This document shows positions 1-13,991 of a stretch of 64,000 bases of DNA, piece by piece. How positions within the stretch are numbered: position 1 is the stretch's first letter; each line of letters begins with the position of its first letter. The notes below the pieces were generated by a model. It was given only the letters and a program-made list of their open reading frames with translations, had not been told where the DNA came from and did not search any database. The translations under genes and the position numbers were made by a program. Source of the DNA: Chrysomallon squamiferum (Eukaryota > Animalia > Mollusca); the NCBI GenBank assembly GCA_012295275.1, contig CM022665.1, positions 15,128,001 to 15,192,000 of the forward strand. The letters are read 5' to 3'.

Positions 1-636
1 ACTTGTGTACCCTGGCATTCTTAATATGATGAAACAAATTAATTTTTTTGCTGTGGCTACTTAAAGCAGACTTTTACAACCATGTCAAACCATGACAGAT
101 GAGTTTGCTTTGGAGAAAAATATGGGGGACCCCCCCAAAAAAAGAACCTCACAGTCATCAGTTACAGACTATTTCTCAGCTGACATGTGTAATATAACAT
201 ATTACAATTTCATATCATTTCAATCTTTATAAACCAGCACACATATATGTATGTGTGCACACAAATACATGCTCACACACACACACATAGTTTATGTCAT
301 AAGCATCATTTTGTTATCAATCCCATCTCCACAGCTTGTGTCACTGCAAAGATAAACCTAACTGAATAACAGTACTCATGAAAAATTCTGAATAAAGTAC
401 CTTCTTCAATCTGAGATTAAAAAAGTATTTCAAAGGTATTTTTAACATTCTTCCAATGCAGACATCAAATAAATTATTTATGTAACTTCTTCCATCAAAA
501 TCTCAAATTAGAAAAAAAATGTATGATATTTATTAACTTCAAAGTCAATATTGCAATTCAATGTACACAGCCACAAAATGTTGATTGATACTAAGTCTTA
601 TGCTCTTGAAGCTTTTATTACAGAACTAATCTTTAT

Positions 637-800
637 GGTAGAGCATTCAGTCAAGGTGCTATAGGTCACAGGATCAACCCCACTTAAAAGAATGAATGGT
701 TTCTTGTTCCAGCCTATGCTTATCAACTGGTGAAACAAAGGCTTTTGTATTACTATTCTGTCTGTGGGAAGGTGGATATAAATAATCCTTTGCAGCTAAC
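637..800 (+). mobile_element. Degenerate tRNA-derived SINE-like repeat
   Basis: tRNA-like head (tggtagagcatt...caggatcaacccc) followed by a body (caactggt..caaaggc...ctgtctgtgggaaggtggatataaataatcctttgcagctaa) that recurs several times in the window. Confidence 0.55.
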
Positions 801-1538
801 ATGAAAATGTAAAATGGTATACTGGTATATCACCATTTTAAATTTTATGAACCCTGTGATGCTACTATAGCTTAATACCTCAACTACAAAAATTACCTCC
901 AAACATCTGAGAAGGTGACTGAGAATGTGCCATCTGAAACATAAGAAAATATTTTTTTTATTGAAAAGTGAAAAAGAAACATTTACTACATAAATTACAG
1001 AAAAATGCAAAAAGATATGCATGAAGAAAGTACTCAAGTCAGAATTTTATGAAAGGTGAATGACCTCTACTAAGTTTTTGATACTGACTGCAGAAGCTAA
1101 TTACCAAGCCAAAGTAAGCTGTTTTTACAAGTTAATATAGCCATGACAGTAAACTTACTTCAGTATTTAAGAATATTAGTTTTTAAATATCCAGTTATTA
1201 ATATTCATATGTTAAACTGACTCTGACATGCTGGATTAAATTACTATCTGGCATATTAGTTGTTTTTTGTTTTTTTAAATTTATTTAATGTCTTCTAGTT
1301 TTTATACTTTTTAATTTCAAAAGACAAAATTATGGAACAAGTATCATTATCACCTGTGATATACATCAATTATATATAAAATAAATTTGCCTGCTGTCAG
1401 TATACTCTCTACAATATTATTTCAATTTATTCAATACCCAAAAACAAAACAAAACCATTGAATTGTACTATATTTATAATTTCAAGGATATATAAAATGG
1501 AAGAAATAGTTTTAAGATGCAATATATTAAAACCCTAC

Positions 1539-4500
1539 CTCTTTTTCAGGCCTGAACACCGCTTGATTGAGGTATTGACTTGTTTCACTGTCATCTTCAC
1601 CTGACACATCAAAAAAGCCCTGGAATATTATTGTTCAATAAACATTATATAGGTCAAATGTTATAAGATCTTGCAATACTTCCACAAACAAAACTTGGTG
1701 ACAAACTATGGTGTGAATAGTATGTTCATTAGATTTTATTTTTTTTAAATCTAACTTTACACAGCTCACAGGCTAATAGCTTTTATGAAACTGACTCATA
1801 AGCCATAAGGCCAATGTTAACACTGACAAAAACAATAATAAAATCTATATATTGTTATGCACTGATGATCAATTTGTGAGATACAGATCATACTGCACAT
1901 TGTGCTATCAATAAATCTAAAATTTATATTAATGTAACACTTTATTATGAGCAATCATAGGTAACTTTATATATTATTACAGTATGTGATTAATAAAACA
2001 TCTGAAATCCATCTTAATAATGAAATTATGTATCTCACATTATTTTATACAAAGAACTTAACAGTAAAATATGTGGATTACATATTGTTTCAGGCACATT
2101 TAAATAATTTCAAACCAACTTAAAAAAAAAAAACACATCAAAAAATATGTAAATAATTTTTTTAAATACTTTATGATCTAATTGTTTTGAAAAACATTCA
2201 GTGGCTACTATTTTTCGTGTGTGTAATATTTGTTCAAACATGCATATGTCAGATTATTTACAAATTACAAAAATAAGAAAAGAAAATTGGACAGATTAAA
2301 CAAAGAAAGTAACCAACCATTTTTCTTGGTTTGTTCTGCTGTGGTAAACCAACCACTGGAATATTTTTACGAGCACCAGCGGTCGGATCAGGAATGTTCT
2401 TTCGAGCGTTTATATTAAACCTGGTTAAAAAAATAATGATAATAAAAGAAATAAAAATTGCAACAAAATTAATTAAATGTAAAGCAAATAATAATAATAA
2501 TATAATTTAAAAAAACTGCAAAAATAATTATTTTCATATTACTTACTGATTTCAAGAACAACATGTTTACACAAAACACATTTGCCTCTGTCAACACTGA
2601 ACAATATTTAGATTTTTATCAAAAACAAAAACATTTTGAATTTCTAAGTTAATGTTTCAAATTTGAATATTCTAGAATCTATAATACAGGCACATGGATT
2701 CATGAGATTTGAATGCCTAGAAGAAAATGGAAAAAAAGAAGAGCGAGAGAAAAGTAAAGGAATAAGAAAAAAACATTTTTACTCATTTTTACTTTAAGAT
2801 GATAATTATTTATAATCATTAACAATGTTTTACATGTTAATTAATCCTTAACTTAGAACATCCAGATTTCCAAAACATAACATATATTACAAACAAAATT
2901 CCTTTTTTTTCTATTATAGTATGTGAGTATTTATGTGACAATAACAACAATACTAATAATAATAATAATAATAACAACAATTTCTTCAGTTACAACTCAC
3001 ACTATATTAACAATATCATAATATTTATTATAATCATAATTTGGATACACTGTTTCTAAGCATAATTATGAAACAATTCTGTAAATTACTGTCAAAAATT
3101 ATTTATTTACTAAATTTACTAGATGTGAATTAATGGAGATAATGCTACAATAATAAAAACCATTATTACACAGAATATAAGAAATAGTTTTCCGTTTTAT
3201 ATTTCTCTCCATAGACATAAGAAAAATTGCTAAATGTTACACATTTAAAAATGTACATACATTTTAAACATTTCATATTATCTATGGTTTTTGCTTTTAC
3301 CTTTAGTATTTAATGTAAGAAATGTTTTCCTTGTTCTGAATCAAGGTCTTTAGAATTTATCAGTGTATGTATCTAGAATGAGCACTTATTTTTGAAATCC
3401 ATTAATCTAAAATGTATCCTCTTTTCATTAAAACATTAATATTTTCAAACCTGGAAGGAGATTTATATTAACATTTAACACAAGATCAACAAATTCATGG
3501 CTACCAATACAATCCAAAATATTTTAAATGCTTAATTTAAATTTAAAAGTTAAAGAGCTTAGGAATAAATGTAATACAAGACTATTTTTTGCCAACAAAG
3601 TTTTAATAAGAATGTGTGGTATTTTTTTTTTTTTTTTGGTTTGATCTGTTGTTGGAGCAGGTTACTAATACAGATGAGATTATTCTCTATTTTGTATATA
3701 AGTAAACTTTTAACAAGGTACCATAAAATTCAAAAAATTATTCTCATAATATATACAAATTAGGAAAATGTATGTGATATATTTGTTTAAGAACACAGGT
3801 GTATGTGTGTGTGCACGCGCATGTGCACACATAAGCATCTGGTATTTTGCAGATTAAAAAAAACAATTTGAAAAAAAATCTTGTTATATATATTTGCAAA
3901 ATTAAATGTGGAAATTGCACTCAACTAAGAATTTAATATTCAGTATAATTTCTTTTCATTAATAACTTAAATTTTATTAAATGGTTGAAATAAATTAAAA
4001 TAACTGTCACCAAAGCAGCAGTTCTAAGCAGTTTTATTTTCAAAAAATTTCCTTTCAGTAACACATTATAATAAATAAAATACAATGTTAACAGTAACAG
4101 ATAATAATTCTGTTTGTTTGAATAACAATTAAATTAAAACAACATTAATATGTGCAAGTTACAATTAAATAAAGATTGAAGCTATTTCCTTTTTCAAGTC
4201 TTTTTTAATTCATTAAAATAATATTTTATTATTATTATTGTGTTTATTTAAAATATTCATTAATCATCTTATTAATTCAGGCTGTCAGTTTATTAATTTC
4301 TTACAATTTGCACTTGATATTACTATTATTAGATGCTGGAAATGATAAATGAGAGGAACTTTTTCTTAGTAACAGGTTTGAAATAAATTAACAACAATGA
4401 AAACTATTTAAATTGTATAGTAATTTATACTTAGTTAGATTGAGTATGTTTCTTATCATTTTAAAATTTTTATTTAAAAAATGAACTTTTCACAACTTTT

Positions 4501-6031
4501 TTCTTTATAAAAACTGAAGTCACAAATAATTTGATACAAGAAAAAAAAATATATATATATTTAAAAACCAAGTAATTAAAATATTAGTGTATAAGTAATG
4601 TATAAACACAGTTATTGGGTCATTCCATGTCGAATCACACAATGGGTTAAACCCGACCATCTCAGATTGATTTTTATCAAACTTGGTATACTTGTTGACT
4701 GGGATCCCACAGCACCAAATCTGAAATTTTAGCCCAATCGGATCAGTGGTGTGGGAGATAAGGCCATTTGGTGCTGTGGGATCCCAGTCAACAAATATAC
4801 CAAGTTGTATAAAAATCTGAGACGGTGGGGTTTAAATTTCTTTTTTGGGGGGGTGATTTGACATGGAATGACCCTATTACTTGTTTTTTTTCTTCCATCC
4901 AAAGCAGTTCATATCATGAATGCATTACCTTTACATTTAATAATCATTAAATTAGACTAAGTTACACTCCTGATCTTTTATAAATAATAATCTAAATCAT
5001 ATTTAATTAAAAAAAAAATTCAATTTTCATTCTCATTTTTCTTTTTCTTTTAAAGCTAACAATGAATTAAGAACATTTGGTGTAGTTTGCACACCATAAT
5101 GCTTAGCAGTGAACTGATATAATTATATGTAATTAATGTTAATTGTTACATATAATAAAAGAACACACTATTAATTAACTTTATTGATCCATGCATTGAA
5201 ATCTGGAAGTGAAAATCTCTACAAGAACAAAAAAAACACAAGAAATATGACATAAAATAAAATAAATTTGAAAAATGAAAACAAAAAAAAAAGAACATCA
5301 AATACTTCACTGTAAGGATCATGACTACACACAAAACTTCTTATATATTCTTTAATTAAATTTTAAATACTTTATAAATCGTTGATATTTTTACTAATTT
5401 TCTCCTTTTCTCCTCAAAATGTCCTGTAAACTATCCTAAGATATGTAAGTAAGCTGAAATTAACATTATTTCCTTATTTTTATTTAAAAGATAGCAAAAT
5501 GAACCCAGTAACGAACATTTTAAACAATGCTGACCTATACATATATATATATATATATATATTTGTTCAAAGTGTGAAGAAATGAAAATTTTTAACATCA
5601 TGCAAAATAAATCAACTCATAATTAACATTAATCAATAACTAGGAAATGTAGCAAATAATTGAAACTAAGTTTCTCAATCATTTTAATTCAATTGCAATA
5701 TTGCAAATATCTCTGTCTGAGAGAAATAACAAAATTTATCGAAGTATTATAATTAATTATTTTTAACCAATGATAAATTCAATTTATTTGGGAATGAATT
5801 TACCATTAAGAAATCTTTTAAGAACATAAAATGTGAAAAAAAAAAAATAAAATAATAATAATAACCCACACACACACACAAAAAGAAGAAGAAACAAAAA
5901 ATTTGTTTTTAATAAGTTAGGAAATAAATTTCTTATAATTACTGAATAATAACAAATAAACAATTTACAAAAAGGAATTCCATGCTGGCCACAATATACA
6001 GTTTTTACTAATCAATGAAATATTTTTTGAA

Positions 6032-6069
<38 letters not shown>

Positions 6070-6095
6070 TCATTTTTTTAAACCTTAAAAGAATC

Positions 6096-6129
<34 letters not shown>

Positions 6130-7734
6130 AATAATAAATAAATAAATAAATATAATATTAATAGTAATAATAATAATAATATAAAAACATTCAAAACAAA
6201 ATAAAATTTTGAGGGCTTGTTTTGTTGTTGTTTAATGACTTCTAGGAAATATTTTTAGGGAAGAAAAAAGATGATTGTTTTTAAAAATCAAGTGTTTGTC
6301 ATGATCCTATCAGAGTTACAAGCATGCGAATTCCCAAAAAGACGTGCAGTAGGGTGGGTCATCATTAAACTTGATACTTACTGAACATTCCAAAACTGAT
6401 CTGACCCAAACCTTCTGTCGCAAACAGAAACAATGGAGTTAATTTTACATTCTAACATTATTATTTGTATTACTAGAAAGTAATCAGTATGGCCTACTTG
6501 ACAAAATAAATATGACATCAGTACATGAGGTAAAGTTGAAGGTAGAAACTGTATACAAAAACTGTTCATACTATGTACACCATACAATTACTAACACGCT
6601 ATTAACACAACTGTTTTGCAAATTCTTTCTTGTTTATGTTGATCGTTACAAAAATTAGGCTTTGAAATTTATTTGACAATAATTTCTAAATTAGATTATT
6701 TTTAGTTCAAAGTAAAATATTTTTAGTATTGGTTGTTATTAACCAGCAAGGTTTTGTTGTATATTTTAAATATTTTAGAATGGTTGATTTTTTTCTTTTT
6801 ATGAATATAGATATTATTTAACTTTTAATAATTCTGTAATGTCTTGATTAAAAAATTTTCACTAACAAAAATGTATTATTATTATTATTCTTAAAAACTT
6901 TTGAATTAGTAAATAATTATAAAATCTTAATGTCATCTTAATACTTTTAATATTTATTGCAAAGAATGACATAGTTCTAAATATTTCCCACCAACCTATA
7001 TTTTAAAACATAATGAAACAAAAAATTTAAATGTTTATTCAAGGGTTAGGAATATTGTTCTGGTTTTAAACATTATTTTGCTTAATACTGGTGAAAAGGT
7101 TTTATCTGTATTAAAAACATAATAAATAAGTAAAAAAGCAAAACAACATTTCATCTATGTATAATATTCGTGAAGCAACATGTGCTAATATATCAAAAAT
7201 AAATAAAGATCAAAAACATTTTATTGATCAACCCTACTTTAATCATATTTTTACATTCCACAAACTCAATTAAAGTTTTGTAACTAGAGCAAAAATATTA
7301 CATATGCCACCGATTTTTTTACTGTCAAATATTTAAGGTAGTGATGACCACCATTAAACTGACATATTTGTCAAAAATAATAAAAAGAAATTAAGCTTTG
7401 TCTACACAAACAAGAGAAGTCAGTTTTAACAGTTTGTTCCTGATAATCAAAAATCTGGTTGAAGTATAATTTAAATATTAATCATAAATGGATACCTTAT
7501 AATCCAGTCAAATTATTTGGGTCATAAATGATGATAACCTACCAATCAAAAATAAAAATGTTCAGGAAGGAAACTACTAAAACTGACACCCACAAAAAGG
7601 AATATGAAAATGTTTTTTTGTAATAAAAATAAATACAATATAAAATGTGAATAATACACTGACTGTGAATTGTTATTAGTTGTTCCAGCACCAACACCAG
7701 TCATGCTGTCCAATTGCGGCGTTCTAAATGCCAT
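1539..7734 (-). CDS. Unidentified protein, N-terminal coding exons (gene continues off the left edge)
   Basis: Phase-consistent GT-AG exons 7734-7664 (ATG with upstream in-frame TAA; exon acceptor at 7758-7759), 6411-6382, 2420-2318 and 1619-1539. Joined: MAFRTPQLDSMTGVGAGTTNNNSQ-FGSDQFWNVQ-FNINARKNIPDPTAGARKNIPVVGLPQQNKPRKM-GFFDVSGEDDSETSQYLNQAVFRPEKE. A further 10-nt exon is possible at 410-401. Family not recognised. Confidence 0.75.
4617..4874. mobile_element. Foldback MITE with 22-bp TIRs and 4-bp TSD (TATT)
   Basis: GGGTCATTCCATGTCGAATCAC at 4617 and its near-perfect reverse complement ending at 4874. Internal ~40-bp inverted repeat at 4681-4720 / 4766-4806. TATT flanks both ends. Confidence 0.85.
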
Positions 7735-8711
7735 CAAGTTTTGCTGAGCACTTTATCCTAGAATAGAAACAAATTGGCTACATTTTGTTTTCTTCTTTTA
7801 GAATAGCTTCATTAAAATTTTGACAGCATTGAAAATAATATATATATTTAAGTTAATCAATAATTAATACATAATTCAGAATAGTTACTTCTGATTTTAT
7901 AGCTTATTCACTGCTTTAAAATTGGGTTTGAAGAAAATAATTTTGTTAAATATGTGTATCATACAATTTGTCAGAAGATATGTAGCTATGTTTTCAGGAT
8001 ATACAAGACTGTTTTATAATACATGTACAACCAAATACCACTCATATTACTTGTAAGTTGTATATAATTATGATGTAACAGTTGTTTAAAAAAAAAAAAA
8101 ATGTATTCTGTGACTCAAGGGTTTATATATTTATATTTAAGATTTAAAATGCAATTCCACATAATTTCTCTAAGTGAATAATTGATTCATCAAATACTGT
8201 TTTATTTTTAAACGATTTTATAAAAGATTTAAAACATATTCCTTTTTACAATCGATAGTCTCAGAGAAACAAAATAAGCTCATTTTGGTGCCTAATCATC
8301 TGACAGAATCTAAAAATTTTGCTTAAAAGTTAAAAGCTTACGAATCATTGAAGACGATCATCTACGTAAAAAAGGGGATTCATTGTTCTAAACACTTTAT
8401 TTCAATAGAAAACAAAATTTTGTAACTCTATTGTTTGTTATTTCTTAAAGTTGAAGAAATCAATTCAGATTATAACTAAACTATATAAAAATCACAAATC
8501 TTAACAAATTTGAAGCATCAGGCAAAAGAAAGAAAAGGAAATATTTCAATACAGCGAGGGGAAAAAAAATGGGAAAATGAATTACCGGCCTTGACCTTGT
8601 AATATCAAATGCGCAATATGCCATATATTCTTGCCATCATAACACCCGAAAACCACAATTTTAAAACATATAATTGACCTAAATTTTCCAGAGTAATTAA
8701 TTTTCCATTAC

Positions 8712-8830
8712 CTCAATAATGAAGATGCTTTTTGTGTCATTTCACACATCATTTCATGACTGAGCTCTTTTTTGGAACTCTTCTTGAAACGAAAACACAA
8801 CAAAGTGCTTTCTACTCTGACATCTGGCGG
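8712..8830 (-). other. Probable non-coding first exon of the left minus-strand gene
   Basis: Minus-strand donor GAG|gtaatg at 8712/8711 at the edge of a CpG-retaining region. The 5' boundary is approximate. Confidence 0.45.
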
Positions 8831-9488
8831 TAAAATTAAGCGGAGATAACTTCGCTCAATACGAACGAGTCTGAATGGTCTTTTACAATGTTTAATCCAG
8901 TCAGTTCATTTATTAAACACTATTTACCCAAGCAATAGTAACATTCAAAACAATATTAACAGATACAAATAAATATCTATGTCATTTTTAAATATTCTTT
9001 TACAAAAAATAAAAAGTAGTGTTTTTACACAGACGTATATATGCGTAATCGCAGAGAAATGAGTTCTACTGAGGCATACATTTCCATTTCACATTACAGC
9101 AGCGCATGTTCTTTTAAAACATCAGTTAATTTCAATCAAAAGTCGTTATATGTTAATTAAAATAATTTATTATCATTATCCAGAAAGCGAAAGTTGTCCA
9201 TAATATTAAATGGTTTTTCAATTTTCCAGAAAGAAGAAAAAAATAACCACCTGAGAAATAATAAATAAATAAAGTGAAACATTATATAAATGATACTGCA
9301 TATATAAATATTATAAATGATAATTACGTATACAGAGAAAGCGATTAATTTGATCCCTTCGTAACTTTCCGACGTTTTTCTCCGAAAGATTTCCCAGTAA
9401 ACGTACTATTACGGAAATACACGATGTGATGGCTAAACAGTATAATATTTACTATGATGGAATGATCTGTGATCAATGACTAAATGAA
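8820..9488. promoter_or_regulatory. Putative bidirectional promoter
   Basis: Less than 700 bp separate two divergent first exons. CpG dinucleotides are locally frequent (about 8200-9670) while the flanking gene bodies are CpG-poor. Confidence 0.55.
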
Positions 9489-12038
9489 ATGACCAACGTC
9501 ACACCTTTAACATTATTTAACATTGTCCACAATATATCGTCTGAAAGACTGTTACTTCCACTTTTGTCAGAGGTAGTTGTTTAACTACTATTTATTTTCG
9601 TGTAATGCTATCGCATATATGGACGCATGAACTATTTTAGTATTTAACTATTTATTTTATAATCGTCAGTTGTTTTTTTTTTTTTTTTTTTTTTCTTATT
9701 CACAGTTACTGATGAGTGGAAAAAAGATATAATAAATAAATAATGAAATAATACAAAAACAACTATATTTTATACAAGAACGCAAAGTTGCTTTTTGATA
9801 TTTAATTACATTACATTATATTATAGTGCATTATATAAATGCAGTATAATTCATAACATAAACCACTTCCATTGATAAATGTTTTCACAGCTTAGTGATT
9901 AAAGCACTTACTTGAGGTGTCTTTATTTCCAGAATCAACACTCATTAGTCATGATCAGATTATTCATTATTCCAGTCTGTTCCACTATGGCTTTATGAGG
10001 CAGTAATATATTTTTTCCCTGTATATAACCCTTCTCAAGACAAAAGTAGCATGTTTTCTCTGGAATTGTGATAAAATAAAATTACATTTGACAATAACTG
10101 TAATACAGCAATATTTTTGTGGTGTATTTAAACATAAACACACTCTGTGTTTACAATAATGAAGAAAAATGATTTTTTTGTTTTTTGTCATTTATTACTT
10201 ACAAAAATTGTAATGCACTGTTTCATGCAGAACAAGCTAAAATGTCATATAAACTGACATTCACAAGACAGATTTATTTTATCTCAAACTCTTTTGTTTT
10301 TCATAATTTATTTTCCAAATTCAGTATATGATAGGTTTTCATTAAATGATTAAATCTTAAAATATAATTTTAATAAATACATTTTGATTTTGTTGATATT
10401 TTAAATAATAATGTGATATTTAAGACTATTTAAAAAACAACAACAGAAAAAAAAAAAATTTTTTTTAATAGTAATAACAACATGATAAATAAAAATTGCC
10501 TTTTTATAATTGAAAGTTTTGAAATAAAAATTCATGTTAAATCTTTCCAGTCATGCCTACTGTGGATTCTTGAGAGAATTATTAGTACATCAGAAGATGA
10601 ATTTTATCTCTCAACAACTCTTCAGGTAGAAGAATGTATAAATCAGATTATTAAAAAAGCAAATGATATCATTTATCAGACACAGAAGCATGTTGAGGCA
10701 TCACAGCCACAGGACTGGGTAAGTTCACAAAAAGGTCAGTTAGTTATAGATGGGAGCATTTATAGTTGATTCTTTGACCATTAACCTCAGGCATTACAGA
10801 GCTCAAGATCAGTTCTCCTCAGTGCTTTTATGGAATCAGTATCACTCAATCAGTATCACATGACAAACATAATAATGTTGGGATAAATGCTTTCCTTTCA
10901 TTGGGAAGGTGTATGTATAAAATCAATTTCTGCTAACTGAAAATGTTTCGTCTGTTGCATAATACCATTCCATCATAGAATCAAAAAAGCAATTAAGCAT
11001 AATTAAATAAAATATTTAATTTTTACTTTGAGTTAGTGTAACTGACAAAGATAAGTCTTGTTTAAATGAAAAAATAAATAATTTATGTATAATTTCATGT
11101 AAGACTCATCTAAATAAGACATTATTGTGTGTATCCATGGTTCAACATAGAATTTGTCTGAACCAGTGTTTCTCACCCTTTTTTGTTCCATGTCCCACTT
11201 CAGTTTTCAAAAGACAAATCTGTATGCCCCACCATGATTGGCAACAATACAACATATACTAAATATGTGTTGAAAGCAGCACAGAATTAGTCAAGGGCTT
11301 GTCTTACTAGCTGACTGATTGATAAAGGTGTGATGAAGTAGTTTTTAGTTATGAGACTATGAGGCATCAGTCACAACTTCAAATTTAAGAAAAGTTGGAA
11401 GTGCAAAGCTATGAAAGTGATTGTGTATTCATTTATTAATTCTGAATCCTCATCCAACACCAAAATATTGCCATCTACACTCCACCTTGAAAATAATAAA
11501 ACATTAAGATACCAGTGAACAATTTATCTGGGTGTTAACCTAAACAAAAAAATACCCATATTGTTTTGTAATTTACAATTATGTTCATTAAAATAAACTT
11601 TCAGATTTTAAACATTATTTATTTATTGTTTGTTATGGTTATTGTATTTACATATTTGTCTTTAGAAGTCTTATTTTTTTAAATTTAATTTAATCTATTT
11701 ATGTATTATTATTTTTTTTTTTTCTATTTGTTTGTTTACAGTTATTTATAAATGGAATGAAAAAGCATTGTGCAAATTTGAGGCAGGCAGTATCAGAACT
11801 TGCTGAAATCAAACACTGTTTACAAAATACATTTGAATTAAATGTAAACTGGGGGATATCTGAGGCTGCAACCAATGTGTGTTTAGCTGTGTGGAAGGTC
11901 AGTGTTCATTAAATATACACATTTATCTTCATAATTTATGTTTATTATATATGCATTATATCCATTGTTTATGTTATATACATAATTTATATAATCTCTG
12001 ATGGCCTTTTGAGTATATGTGTGTCCCTGTCTCTTTCT

Positions 12039-12088
<50 letters not shown>

Positions 12089-13274
12089 ATTTATTTATTT
12101 ATTTTTTTTAAAATTATTTTTGTCTGTATCCACTAATTTCTATTAATGTTTTTTTCTATACCAGTCTCTCTAGTTTTAATGTTCAGATTTATTTGTAACA
12201 TTGTTTCTCAGCACTAGTTTCTTTTATCTTAGATTTTCTGTGTCTATGAGGAGCTGACTTTAAAAAAGGTTACATCAGCTATTGAAAAAATTAAAGAAAC
12301 TTTAGTTAAGATTCAAAAACTCTCATCACAGAAAGAGTATTTGAACAGCATAGAGGTAACTATTAATATTATTTAATTTTTTTTTAATAAAATATTATAA
12401 ATGAAAAGATTCTGTTCAATCCAAAAATAAAATGAACAAATGTGTAATGGTGGTAGAAGCAAATAAGCAAACATATTAAATGAGGGGTCTTTGAAGGATT
12501 AGTGTGAGTATGGGTATAAAGACCATTGAATTAACTTGTAATTCAGTGTATTTGGAGGATACATCTGTGTATTTTAACCAGAACAAAAAGATATAAAAGC
12601 AGGCAGAATAGTATATATTATGCATTTTAAAGTAGTAGTCTGGTTTTATTTTATCTTGTAGAGTGTAGAGATTAGAATAATTTAAAGTAGCTGTGTTACA
12701 TAAATATTCATAGGTGCTGAATACTTGGGTGTATATGGAATCAGAATACAAAATAATATGTAAAACAAGCATAAATAATGTACAGTATGCTTTTTAAAAA
12801 AACAGTTTGGTTTTATTTTATCTTGTAGAGTCTGGAACAGTCTAAAGTGATTTTGGTACATGTGTGCGAAGATTATTATACAGATCTGTTGGACATATCT
12901 TTGAAGGAAACTATAGTCCAGGCTCTTTTTAAAATTAAAAAATTAGTTTCTCGTTTGGTAACAATTCTTGAAACAGAGTGGACTGAAAATGAATATGCAT
13001 GGAATAAGGTTTGTTTTTCAGAATATTGTAATTTTATGGATTGAAGTGTGCTGTTGATTTAATGTGGGTATGTGATTTTTTTTGTTGAGTGATTGTGTGT
13101 GTGTGTGTGTGTGTTGCTGATTAAATAATTAAAAAACTAATAGTAAAACTGATCATACAAAATAAATGTACAATTAACAAAAAAGTATATCTATTTTTAT
13201 TTATCATGTTGCTGAAGATAAAATATGCATTTGTTTTTGTTCATATAATTAGCTGATATTCAATTTATACTGTG

Positions 13275-13319
<45 letters not shown>

Positions 13320-13950
13320 TGTGTGTGCACGTGTGTTTGATTGTTTATAAGAAAATGTAATAGTTATTATTATTATTAAAAAAAGAGAGAGAAAAACATT
13401 TCTAAAAATATTAAAAACTAAAGATACATTACAAGAGTACAAATTCTGTTAAATCTAAATAAAATAAAACATTTCTGAGAAGTAAAATTAAATAACTACA
13501 CAGAAAAAAACAAATTTTTGTTTACTTCCCTTCTTGCTGTCTTTTCTTCCTGCACAAAATGTTTTAATTTTATAAACATATAATTTTAAAAGTTTTCATA
13601 CACTAAAGGAGTTTAAAGATATAGATGTATCACGATTAAGTATCTGCCAGTCATTTGTTAATTTGTAATGAAATAAAAAAACCCCACTATTTATAGATCT
13701 GACCTGTCAGTGATATGAATGAATTAGTCCTTTGTCAAGGGCTACAACGTCAGTGTTTATTAATGTTTTGATAGTAAATAAAGATATATGCATGTTTGTA
13801 TATATTTTGTGTTTTTCACAAAATAAAATAAATTATCATTAAAATTCTGGTTCTTGTTGAACCTTTATTTCTGGCAGAGTGTGTATCTATATTCTGATCT
13901 AGAGTAATTAAAAATAACAAATTTTATTTTTTAATTTTATTTTTGTTTAT

Positions 13951-13991
<41 letters not shown>

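Noticed and set aside
6310-6366. Possible C/D-box snoRNA on the minus strand (ATGATGA ... CTGA)
   Set aside because: Only about 56 nt from box C to box D, about 15 nt from the donor site, with no terminal stem or recognisable rRNA guide. Better explained as a splicing-regulatory block, though an Infernal/snoscan search would be decisive.
9933-10005. Exon-like stretch after ttccag in intron 1 of the vinculin-family gene
   Set aside because: No phase-compatible donor before a stop. Exons 1 and 2 join cleanly in phase 0.
11164-11260. CAGTGTTTCTCACCCTTTTT resembling a hAT/Charlie MITE end
   Set aside because: No partner TIR or TSD found, so too decayed to delimit.
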